This document shows, piece by piece, positions 13,896-27,097 of a stretch of 64,000 nucleotides of DNA. Within the stretch, counting starts at the first letter, position 1. Each line of letters starts with the position of its first letter. The stretch lies in NCBI GenBank assembly GCA_051294375.1, contig CM119265.1, positions 15,990,896 to 16,054,895 on the forward strand, read 5' to 3'. The stretch comes from Paraspadella gotoi. Lineage: Eukaryota; Animalia; Chaetognatha. The position numbers and the translations under genes are program-made. Below the pieces are notes generated by a model, which was not told where the DNA came from, made no database searches, and was given only the letters and a program-made list of their open reading frames with translations.

Positions 13896-15311
13896 ATGCT
13901 GACGTCACAGACGAATAACGACGAGGGGGGAATGTGTGTGGCGGGAAGAAAAAAGGTAAGTCTTTTTTCGCCAATTTTCTTTCTCGTTCTGTTTCTGATG
14001 GCATCACGCTCCGTTTATTTTTCTCCCGTTCAATTTGTTCGCTCAATTTCAAACAAGTAGAAAAAAATCGGTTTAAAAGAGAAACTGAGAAATTGTGTAA
14101 GAGAACAAGAGAAATAGGAAAAGAGAGATATATGTATATAGTAGAGAGAGTGAGAGTGAGCAGGGGGTAAACATTACGGTCGCGATAAAGAACTTCTTTA
14201 AATCGACGCCCACCTTTAACAATTCGTTCCTTTGGATTTCAACTTTTTTACCGTTCACCTGTTAAATTTTCGTATATCTTTTTCGTTTAGCTTTCCAGCA
14301 AATCTTTGCTCCTGTGCATAACAGCCAAAACTTTTCTATTGCTATTTCGGCTCGACACTGTTTTAAAAAAAAAACATCTCATGAAGTTATTGACGAACTT
14401 GTAACGCAAAATAAATAAAAAAATCGCAAACAAATGGATGTAGAGGGCGAAAACGAAAACAAAAGACAAAGCAAATGGAGGCGGAGGCGAACATTGCGGT
14501 GAGAGTAACGATCTATAATTTGGAAAGATGTAATGATTAACCAAAAACCACCGTTTGATTAATTTTAAACCAGCTCTTAAGTATCTTGTCATATTTCTCA
14601 AACCGCCGTTGCGTTAGTTTCTTCTTTTTCTTTTCCATTTTTTTTTTTTTTTTTGGTAGGTGGCACCGCCTCTCGCGGAGCGCGGATCCTGGGGAGGAAA
14701 GATCGAGTTCATGCTGACCTGCATATCCTATGCTGTCGGACTCGGAATGTTTTGGAGATTTCCCTATCTCTGTTATAAGTGAGAGAGAGTTAGAGCTGTT
14801 GAAGAGACAGTAATGATTGTTGTGTGTTAGTGACAAAACCGTTCAATATAAGCAGTCCCTGAACTTCTCTAATGGCCGCTGATGAACAACACTTTTCTGT
14901 AATGAATTAACGAAGATACACAAATAACTGAATTGACTTTTTGATCACCTGAGTATATTTTACAAGGTACTGTAGTTATTTCAAGCATAAGCACTTATCT
15001 AATTAACTAAAAAGTCTAAATGTTAAGTGAATTAAGTTGTATTTATATATATGGTTATAATTTCAAAATTAAAATGTATGTAGATTAATTATAATGCTAT
15101 TATCTCATTGTCCTTTCCCTATTCCCAAGTATTAACTAAATTGATGTAGTATTCCCCAAGTTATGAGCATTCATAATGTATGTAGTTTAGACTAACCGAC
15201 AAACAGACATATCGACCGAATAGAGTTGCTCAGCGGCTCAACCAAAATAAAATAGGATTGAGATGGAGAAATGGAGTGATAAAGGGAGGAAAGAGAGCGA
15301 ATGGGACATTA

Positions 15312-15386
<75 letters not shown>

Positions 15387-15982
15387 AAATATGCTCATAA
15401 AGAGTAAGAGAGAGCTATACGTATATCGAGAAAGAGTGTTAAAAAAGGAGACAAGAGCGAGTGACTTGGTGTTAACATTATCCCGGTTCCTTCAGAACGG
15501 GGGCGGCGCTTTCCTCATTCCCTACGTCATCATGTTGGCGCTCGTGGGACTCCCGCTCTTCTTTCTGGAGATGGCTTTGGGCAGGTCAGTTCGCGGGCCG
15601 GTCGTCGTCGCCATCGTCGTCGTCGTTTTACATAATCGGTGGAAGATATTTTTGTACTTGCACGTCGTCTCAGTCCTACTTTTTCTCTCCTCCTATTTCT
15701 TTCCTTCTTTCGTTTTTTAGTTGCGCCGCGAGTACTCGCGGAGCAACTCTATAAGTCACTTTTCGGTCGGTATATCGTCGGTCGGTTCGTCGGTTTGTCT
15801 GTCCGTCGGTCTGTCCCACTGAAAAATGGATATAATTGTTCATTTGTTAAGACAGAAAATAACCTCAAATCTAAGGGACTGCTCGCGCCGCCTTCAGGAA
15901 TTCCTAAAAGGCTAAAAACTATAAGAAATAAAAGACAGAATTTTGATGCAGTGCATGTCATAAATACACACACAATTTCTTT

Positions 15983-16030
<48 letters not shown>

Positions 16031-16391
16031 TATTTCTTTATTTCTTTATTTCTTTATTTCTTTATTTCTTTCTTTCTTTCTTCTTTTCTTTCTTTCCGTC
16101 TCAAACTTCCTATCTCCTTATCTCTTTCTCCCGTTTCATATTTCCTCAGTCCTAAAATGAGGAACGAAATAAAAAAAAACTTTTGGCACTCACCTCTCAC
16201 TCAACCCCCCCCCCCTCCGCGGGTCAGTTCGCCAGTCTTGGTCCCCTCGCCATCTGGAGGGTGAGTCCGCTGATGAAGGGACTCGGATACGCGATGGTCA
16301 TCTGTTCCGCGCTCATCAGCATTTATTACACCGTCATCATCGCTTATACCGTCTATTATCTCTTCGCTTCTATGCAGGTTGAGAATGGGAG

Positions 16392-16482
<91 letters not shown>

Positions 16483-17647
16483 GTCAACGAAAGATGTGGC
16501 TTCAACTGTTAGGTAATAGGCGAAAGTTGACGAGTTTTCGCCTCATTCTTCTCGTTATTTAGATGTTGTCGTCGTCGTTCTCGACTTAGTTGTCTTTGTC
16601 GTCGTCGTCCTGGTCGTCCTCATCGATGTCGCAACTGGATTCTTGTTGTCGAAATGACATCATCGAAGACCGAAAGAAAAAAAGAAAAGAATTTCGGTGA
16701 CAAAAAACGAGGATCGAGACGATGATTAACCACGCCCCTTTCTTCCCACAGTCGCCCGTCCCGTGGTCGATCTGCGGCGTCAACAACGAAACCGAGAGCG
16801 TCGCCGAGTGGTGGCTACGCGGAACTTGCGTCATACACAACCGCCTTTTGTTTGACTGATTTTTGTGTTTTGTTTTTTAAATTTATTTTGCTTTCCAGGT
16901 AAATATTTTGATATTGCTATAAATCTCTTTTTTTTTTTAGTTTGTTCTTAGTGCGTGGCCGAGAGTTTGTTAAGTTGGCGCCGTTTCGTCGTTTTGTTTG
17001 TTCGTTATTGAGTTTTATTGTTTTGCTTTATTTTCGTACGTGCGTTTTCTTCGTGACTTTTCACTTTTCCTCCTGTTGCTCAGTCACCTGGAAACAACAA
17101 GGACACAATTTCGTTTCGATGCTGCGAAGAAAAAAAAAATGGCGGTACGAGTGAAACGTTTCAGTTTTCGTTTTCGCATCAATGCTTCAATTGACAGCAC
17201 CGCGATCTTTTCATTTGCAGTGAAACGACAGACAACCGTAGTAGAAAGTTGAATATTCCAAATTCCGCAAGCATACATACAGAAACAGTTATAAACTTTA
17301 TTGAGAGACGCGAACCGAAAAATCCGGTGACCGCATCTCAAACACGGAAATGAAAACAAAGAAAACGAGCCGCTTTTATATTTTCTTTTGTTTCGTTAAA
17401 GCTTTACTCGCTATCTAGGTATTTTGCTTTCATTACCTTTCCCCGTTCCTTTCTTTGTTGTCTTCATTTCTTCCTTTAGTTTCGGTCGTTTTTCTTTGTT
17501 TTCTTTCGCTTTTTTCTCTGTCTCGTTAATTTCTCGTCCCGAGTGCGACGATTTGCTATCGAGTTTCCTCCGAATTCGCATTCAAACCGAGTCATCGCTC
17601 TGTCTCTGTCTTGTGAACTCTTGTCTTTGGCCCTCTCTCTCTCTTCT

Positions 17648-17718
<71 letters not shown>

Positions 17719-20700
17719 TCTCTCCATCTCACCTGCGAGGTGACGAGCGACAAAATCACACACGCCTGTGACACGGTACACCACGCTCATTCAACGTCGT
17801 CTTCAAAGGGCACCAGAGATGGCGAGGCGCCTCTTCCATTTCCGGTCAAAATCCCCGAGCGAACACTACTTCTCGACCGATCCTTCGAATATTTTGCCCG
17901 GTAAGTTCATCGATCCAAGCATACACAGCATAGCTTTCTTTCATTAACTGGGTGATGACGATATTGATCGCGTTGTGCAAATGGTTGTTTTTAGTCGGGT
18001 CATGCTTATAAGCAGGTCCCGGCGCTATAATTCACTTTGTCGTCCGTCGGTCGCGCCCATCAATCTTGTACGGCATTAATTATTTCATGTCAAAACATCA
18101 AATTAAGATAAATTATGCCAAAAAAATGATGTCCGTCCGTCCTTCTGTCCGTTACTGTCTGTCTGTCCTGTTCCGTCCGACCCTCCTGTCCGTCCCTCCA
18201 TCCGGTCCGTCCCACCTTAACAAAAAACAACTAATTACTCGTGATTGATGGATGGTATTGAATGAAATTTTGTAGTGTTGGTTAGGGAGTGTGTGTGATT
18301 GAGCTGATGATGAAGTTTCATGAATGTCCAAGTGGAAATGAGTTTAAGGAACCCAGTTGATCGAGGGTAGGGGGGGAAAAGGCTGATATCATACAGTATT
18401 GGTCCTTCCATCTCCCCGATTCCAAAAATGTTAATTCTATTCTTCTCATTGTCACATGGAGAAGTGGTCAAAAAAATTCGATGGTTTCAGGCTCGCCTAT
18501 TTTGTTTAAAAATCGGTAAGGGGCAAATCTTTTCCAAGTTTGCGATTTTTTTTTCTCACGTAAAGATGATATAGAATTTCTTTTTTTGTTTCCAACTTTA
18601 CACTAAAATTAATTCTTGAATCCGATAATGACGAGAACGACAAGAACGAACATAACGAAAAGACGAAAAAGAACAAAAACCAATAGAATAGAGATGACGA
18701 AACACGACGGCGAAGAACGAAAAAAATGGATAACAAAACAAAAACAACAGACTATGACAAAAAGAATATGACGAAGTAAAGACAACAAAGAGTACGGCAG
18801 AAAAAAGAGAGAGAGAAAGAAAGAGATAGAAAGAAAAAAGAGAGACTCGGAAAGAGAGAGTTTCAAATTTCAAGCAAGCAGCGGGATTAGTTTAAGTACA
18901 GATTACTAAGTTAATAATTGACATTTGATTGTGATTATGACGACGAAAATGACAAAACAATGGCAAAAAATACGGCGAATATGACGAAAAAAAGTTGAGA
19001 AAACGACGACGAAGAGGAAGACAAAACCGACGACGAAAAAGACAAGAGACGAAAACGACGAGCGAAGATGACTACGAAAAAGATGAAGCCGAAAAACAAC
19101 GAATACGATGGTGAAGATGACGGCAAAGACGAACTCTAAAACCACGTCAATGATTTTTTATTATAAATTTATTTGACATATGGTAATAACCTTTTTTTTC
19201 TCGTTTGTTATGTGTATTAGAGGGCTATTTGGTTTCCTTCACCACTTGACCACTATTCTTTCTCAACTCTGTGTGGGAAACTATTGCCCTATCTCTCTCT
19301 CTCTCTCAATCCTTTCCCTTCTTTACACAAAAAACTATGTCTAACAAGTCACAAATTTATTTGACGCTGATGAAGGCTGCATACAAAGCCGAAACGTTTC
19401 AAAACGTTTCTTTGAAATTAAAAATCGTTGTAAACTGAAACCAAATTGCCTATAAATTTATTATAACGAAACGACAACGAAAACGATAAAAACGACGATA
19501 AAAGAACGACAAAGAAAACAATGACGAAGACGACGATGAAGACGACAACGAAAACGGATGAAGACGACGACAAAACAACGTAAGATGATAACGATGACGA
19601 CTGAAGACAACGACGAGAGGAAAACGATGAAGACGACGACAAGGAAAACGACGAAAATGACGACGAAACGATGACAAAACGACGACGAAAATGACGGTGA
19701 AAATGACGACAAAAACGACGACGGACGACGAATGACGACGAAACGACGACGAAAATGGACGGTGAAAACGACGACAACAAAAAACGACGACGATGAAACT
19801 GCTGTGAAGACGAAACAAAAACCAACTCTCTTCTCTCTTCTCTCTCTCTCCTCTGCTCTCTTCTCTCTCTCTCTCTCTCTCTCTCGGCGACTTCGACCAA
19901 AATAAATTTAGGAAAACGACAACGATACGACGAAAAAGTCGAAAACAATGACGCAAACGACGAAGAAACGCCAAAAACGACGACAATAACAACGACGAAA
20001 ACGACGGCGAAGAGGAAACAAAACGATGACGAAAAAGATGAAGAAACGACGGCAAACACTGTCATTGAATTTTTTTTATTAGAAATTTATTACAACGAGT
20101 GAGAGAGAAATGAGAGAGAAAGGAAAAAAAATATAATGAAACCAACATGCATTTTCAATTTTATTAAAAATTTGATTTTGAAATTCATTAGCCTCGCAGA
20201 CGTATTTTGCTGGTCGTCTTCTATTTCTGTTAAAAATAATGGTTATGAGTTAAATTTTATTCATTCACTATTTACTAACTTTATAATAAGATTTTAGCAT
20301 CAATATCTCCATTTTATTGTTGGAATTAGTCCAGTCTTTCCGTACATGTTGAGTTCATCACTTTCCGTCTGGGCCACCTCGTACGCTGATTATTTTTTTT
20401 CTTCAAAAAATAAAAAAAAAAAAAAATCGGAATAGTTAAAAATTATGGTAAGGATAAATTTTAAATCATTTTTCTTTTCAAATCAATTCACTAATTGGAT
20501 AGAAATGTAACCTCCAACATTAATACAAGTATGAGAAGAAGGAAGCGCTCTTTATCTCTCCTAAAATTCAATCAGTTGTGAACAAGAGTCAAAGGAAACT
20601 GGAAAGATATTTTAGGGGTCATGACAAATGTTTACCAAATGAAATAACATCCTTGTTTGGAAATTTTAAGAAGGATTTGGTTTTTTTTTCTGTACTTTCC

Positions 20701-23700
20701 TGTGGCGTATCTGAAAATATAATACCACCATTAAAATTTCCTTTATTAAAGGAGGCCCAGACGCAAGAATTTCAGCTTTCTGCATTAAAAAATAAAAATT
20801 CGAAATTCATGGAAAAATGACTTCCAAAGTGAAAGTAAGAGAATGGAGGGTATCAGTATTTAGGGAGATCAATTAAAACATTTTCCAATAAATATCTCGT
20901 CCTTGTTCGAATTGCAACAAGAAGATGGGAATTTTTTCCTCCACTTTCCCGCGCGAAGAAAAATTAATGACTATCACCATTCGAATTCCTTTAATTGATA
21001 GACCCTTAAGCTTATGATATCATTTTTATCACTGGGTCCCCTTAAATGGAAAAAAACAAAAAAATATATTTCATTATTTGAACACCAATTACTCATGAGT
21101 GGATGGGGCAATTGACCTGAAATTTTGTATGTGGGTTAGGAAAGTGTGTCATTAAGCTGGAAATCAAGTTTTGATGGGAATCGTTTAAGTGGAAATGAGT
21201 TTAAATGGAAAAAAACAAAAAACCTGTTTCACTAATTGATTATGCTGTCTTTTTCATTTTTATATTAAATTATAAATGCAAGATGTATAAATTAATCTAA
21301 TAATTAATCAGTTAATTAATCAATTAGTCAATTAATTAATCAATTATTAATTAATCAGTCAATTAATCAATCAAAACAAACATTTCAGATCAAGTTAATT
21401 AATTAATGGACTAATTAATTAATTAATTATTAATTATTTAATTACGATAATGATCGTGGGCAGATCCGACATTGTTTGCTCAAACTTGTTCCTTTTTTGC
21501 CGGGAGGGATTAGACTCTATCTCAGCCTCATTCATACCCTGTGTCTCTTTACAATTTTACTTTCGCGGTCTCACGATTGATAAAACCAAAAGAGCGGGAT
21601 GAGTAAAGATTATTATAAATGAAAGGAGGAGATAAAAATTGAAAGGATAAAAAAAAAAGAAGAGACGAGCGCAGAAAAATAAAGAAGTGAGAATCGATGG
21701 GATGAAAATCCGAAAAAGAAAGTTTAAGAATCAAAAAAGGATGAAGATTAAAAGTTCAAACCCAGAGAGACATAAATAAAATTTTTGATTGAAAATATTT
21801 ATCATTGATCAAAACTTAAGTATTATTGGACAGTATTGAACACTAAGATTGACATGGTGAATTTCGGCATCCAGGACTGCTTAGCAACCGCGACTGAGAA
21901 GTAAAAGAAGATAAATCGTATCTACAGGGCGTGAGTGAGACGAGAAAGAGAAGCCAAGATGAAGAAGAATAAAGGGAGAGGTAAAACGAACGCGAAAAGT
22001 CGCGGTGGCGACTGGAGCGGGTAGGGAANNNNNNNNNNNNNNNNNNNNNNNNNGAATAAATTAATTGGGCGAGAATATAAATTTTATTTAGCCAAAAAAT
22101 TGGTAAATGAACCGGCCTGCATAAAACCTCCTCTTAATCAATAATAAAAACAGAAAATACTACCGTCATATACGCTAGAATGCCCGGCCATCTAATACTC
22201 GACACCACAAATAATTTCAATAGTGATAAAACCGATAGTATGAGAGTAGTTGAGATAAGAGACAAAGCCACTAAAAGACTGGAGACTGAAGCTCGACGAC
22301 CCCAATGCGAGCAAAAATAGAGACCAGCCTGAAACTGATCAGTGAAGTGTGAAGGTATGTTTCAAAGAAAAGACAACTTCATTAAGTATTCCGATCTTGG
22401 GAAGAAAAAAAAATACATATTGTTACTCCGCATTATCATCAAGTAAGGAGCTGACTATAATGAAAATGGTACAACCAATATTAAAAATTATCCATCTTAC
22501 TATTTACGTAATATCTCGTATACTATCATATATTACTGATCTTATTATATCTATATTTATACTATCTCGCTATTTTCCAGGACGCACACCTCAAAATCCG
22601 TCAGATGTCGTCTTCGTTTTCTCAAACGTCAACGGAAATTAAGACTTTGAAGCCGGCAAACGCTAAGGCGACGAATTCCTAGCGGCGAAAAACGAAAAGA
22701 AAAAAAAAAACAAAAAAAAAAAAAAAACAGTTGGAACGTAGATTTTTTTATTTTGTTGAGATGAAAAAGGAAAGGGAGGCAATTTCGACGACGACGACGA
22801 CGACGACGCGACGACGACGACTACAATGCAGACGTTGACTTTGCCTCAGTGAAACCAACTGAGATAAGGGACGCCGAAATTAGAAGAGAAAGAAAATCGT
22901 GCACTTGATTGGGTGTAGGATTGGTCGCGCCTCCACGAGTCGATGCGACGGAGGAAAACAGAAGAGAGATACGAGGAGAGGAGAGGAAGTGTTAGAGAAG
23001 AGACGGAGAAGAGAGAAGGGTCGGGAGGAGGTTTGAGAGGGAAGTGTTCGTTTATGCGAGATGAGAAGAAGAGAGAGAGAGAGAGGAGGAGGAGAGAGAG
23101 AGAGAGAGAGAGAGAGAAGAGAGAGAGAAGAAGAGAGGAGAGAGAGAGAGGAGAGAAAGAGGAAGATGAGAAGATGGATGTAGGAGATGACGTTTTCGAC
23201 TATAGGAGAGAGCCGAGAGAGATAGAGGAGGGAGAGAAAGAGAGAGGGAAGTAGACGGAGAGAAAAAAACAAAGCGGTTACCTGACGATCATACTTTCCC
23301 GTAATCATCTTTTTTACGCGTTCACATTGACAATCTCTCTAGAATCAGTTATATTGCGAATATACATAATCATGAGGCAGGCAACAGAAAACACTATATA
23401 GCTGAGACGTGCGAAGAAATTCGTCACACCGCCGCCCGCCGCCTCGCAGTCACCCGGGGCGACGGCAGCGGCCGGGTGGCCGGAGCGCGCCCAACGGAAG
23501 GCCGGCGCGAGGCCGTGCTAGGAAGCGCCACAGCCGAGACTCGAGGACTTCAAATGTGCGGCGAGGGGGGTGAGAGTCGAGAGTAGAGGGAGACGGGAGG
23601 TGGAGATGGGTGGAAGGGGGGGAAGACAGAGGCGAGCAGGATGGTGAGTGGGAGGAAAGAGAAAGCGTGGAATTTAGCGAGTACAAACTTTCGCCGTTGA

Positions 23701-26700
23701 GCACGATTCATAGGTAGAGAGTGAGAGGTGAATGGTTTTCGAGAACCTTCACGAACTTGTATATATTCAGATCTTTCCACACAGGTGTATAAAAGAACAG
23801 GGATTGGAATTATTACATAGAATAAATAGTGTCTCTCGTTCTATTCAACTATCCTCGCAATTCACGTATATACAAATCGCATATACGAATTTTTCAACAT
23901 GCAAGTCTATAAACCAGATGCACGACATAAGGCGATTTTTCTTTTCATTCGCTGCCGGTTCCGAAAGGTGCTTCTATTTTATAGGTGGGTAACAGTAATA
24001 GTAAATAATTCTTATTTTATTTAGCGGTGGAGGTCTCTCAAACTCGCTTAAATTGCAGAGCCGGGAACATCTAATAACGTCTCTATTTTTCTCTTCATGC
24101 ACGTTCTCAGGCTGATTTTGCCGCGCAAGTCTCTCGGCTGCTTTCAGGTCTGTGCCTCCGAACCAGACGTGTAGGCGTCGGATTGTTTTGCGCGGCAACT
24201 GGTTCCCCCTCCACAGAATTTCGGTCTAGTCCTTTTGCCCGCAAAGGGCGAAATGGACTATTTAGATGGACTAAAACTAAGTGCTGTTTATATGATTCTC
24301 GGAGACTAAATAAATTAGATGTCTCTCGGGTAAAATAAGATAATTAATATAACCGCAATAAAGCCACCATGCGGGCTGTATTTTTTCTGCAGGCCAGCTA
24401 TACGGTATCAATAGGTGAGAGAAGGGCAGGTTAGGTAAAGTGGGCGCTTTATCAGGTTGTGTAAATAGTTCGTGAATGAAGAATCCAATCTAGGCCTAAC
24501 TTAACAGTCAAGGTTCAACTGTAGTTGATTTTAGTATTGTATGCCGCTAACTGGAAAGAGTGATTATGTGATTCTTGAAATAAAACCATGGTGAATGTCT
24601 TAGAATTATCTGTAGTATAGTACAGTTTTAAATATATTTAAGGAATAGCTGAAAATGGCGACCACTGCAATGGAGCAAATTTACTTGAAAAAATGGATGG
24701 TACCCTATAAGGAAAATATGCGTGGAATTGTGACAGTGAACAATATCCAATGAAAAATTAATTAATAGTTGCTTGATTCTTTTATTTGGTGATTCCATAA
24801 TTGTATACTATTTATTGCTAAAGATTCTGCAACTTACGAAAGTTCACCTTGTTGATATAAAGAGTGGCCAGTTAATCAAGTTTCACGCAAAAAAATTCAT
24901 AAAAAATATTCAATATGGAATTTGTGGAAAAATATTATATATTGTATAGGTAACTTCGTAGTTCGACTAGTGCACCGTCTATTTATTTCTCATTTTTTCG
25001 ATGATTTATGCTAGTGCCTTATAATTTTACCCATGTTTATTTTGACAATACCTAATTTTGTTTTTGTCTCTGGACTCCAAACTTGTGGGTGTAAGAGAAG
25101 ATCTAAGTAAATTCCTCTATCATTTATCTCGAGAGAGCTGAATTACGCTACGTATGGTCAACGATTATACGCGGTATTACATAAACCGAATAGCTCTGAG
25201 TTTAAAATGGGCTTTAGAGTACTGAATGTGCTATTGATCAACTTTCAAGAAAATTTTGTGAGAATGAAGGGAAAAAAATCATGAAGGAGAGAATTACAAA
25301 TTGAAGTTGTCAAACACAGAATTTTTATTAAGAGGAAAATAAATGAGTATTAAGGAACATCAGATTCTGGAATAATTAATTATTAATAGGGGTAATCTAT
25401 TATTTACTTCTCTCTGCTCTATTCTCGTGCTACTCGGTTCTCTTCTTTCTCTCTCTCTCCTCTCTTTTCATCTCGTCTCTCGTCTAACGTCTGAGCAAAA
25501 GAAAAAAAGAAAAAAAAAAGAGAGAGAGAGAGTCAGGGTTGTGGAGAAGGGGGGGGAACAGAAGGTGGAGGAGGAGGAGGATAGAGGAAAACTATCATTC
25601 AAGTTTTTATGTTTTTGTCGCCGCGAGAGAAAAACAAAAGGACAGGAGAGGAGAGAAAAAAAAACGTGCGACGCTGAAAAAAAAAACTTTAATAAAAAGA
25701 AGAAAAGTGGGTTTAATCATTTTAATTCCCACGTTGCGGGAATTTTTTTTTTTTTTTTTTAAATAAATACATTCCCTTTTTTTTCCCTCCGCGTTTCTCA
25801 ATGAATAATGTTATTTTGTTTAGGCGTGAAAGAGAATTCCGCGTAAACACTTTATTCATGAGGAACCGCGCGGTTCCAAGGGGAACGGAGCAGACCTGCC
25901 GCTTTTGTTCTTCGGAGAAGAGATCCCGTCCCGCGAACTACAGCCCCAGCCCAATCTTTTCATCTCCAGCGTTTCAACTCTTAGCGACAGCGTCATAGCG
26001 ATGATCTCGTCTTATCCAATCCAACCACAATGTCTTTTTTTTTTTAACAATCATTCCCTCTTCCTTCAGCATCTTTCCAACATTGTTAAAACGTTCGGGG
26101 TTAAAACAACTTCATCTTTTCATAACATCGAAATTTATCTTTATTTTCGCTCCTTTTTTTTTCACCAGATATCAAAATCCAGGGGTTGACGCTCCGCCGT
26201 CTCGAGATGCAACTTTTATTCCTCCCATTCATTTTGGTTTTGTCTCCTTCCTTCTCTCCATCCCATCCGTATCTCCCGCAGTCGGTCTTTCCCTTTCACC
26301 TCGTCGCATCCTCGCGGCGACTCTCGCTAAATATCGCTTTCAATTTCTCTCCTCCCGGCGAGTTTCTCCTTTATTCAACCAACTTATACATACGTTTTAT
26401 TACTTTATATAACAACCGTCAACCGTCGAACCATATATCTCATTCTTTCCCCCCCCTCCGCCTGAAGCCATCGACGCCGCCGACATCGGCGCCCCGCAGT
26501 GGCACCTCTCCCTCTGCCTCCTTCTCTCTTGGATCCTCGTCGCGTTGGCGCTCATCAAAGGCGTCGAGACTTTGGGTGAGTCGAGGGTGGAAACGTTTGG
26601 CGAGAGGATGGAGAAAAAGTCGGCTCCTTTTTTTATTTATTTTTGTAATTCTTTTTAGTAAGGTAATTTCACTTCTATTTTAAAAACCCCTTTCGCTCCA

Positions 26701-27020
26701 TCCCCTCTCTTCCTCTTCCTTCCCCACTTCCTTCCTCTCTTTTTTTTTCGTTCCTTCCTTCTTTCCTTTCCTCTTTCTTTACTTCTTTCTTCTTTTCTAC
26801 CTTTTGTTGGTGCTCGCTTTAAACCCTTCCTCTCTTCTTCGCCCGAGGCTATCCGCAACCCTTTTTACGAAATCTCACCACTGCCATATTTCTCCTTTCC
26901 TCGCGATAAATAAAAACAAAAGAAAAAAAAGTAACAAAACGAAGACGCATAAAAATAGAAAACATTCGAAATGAAACAAAAAACAAAACATCCGTCACGT
27001 GTACTGCGTAATTTCTCTCT

Positions 27021-27097
<77 letters not shown>

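Noticed and set aside
16395-17725. (AG)n/(CT)n pairing as an intron-bridging splicing mechanism
   Set aside because: Complementary tracts are not consistently at both ends of the same intron.
18506-20065. 200-aa minus-strand V/S/F/R-rich ORFs
   Set aside because: Reverse complement of GAC-rich repeats; no domain or splice support.
24226-24261. Hairpin tagtcc...gccc-GCAA-agggc...ggacta
   Set aside because: Isolated stem-loop, probably repeat-derived; no family can be assigned.
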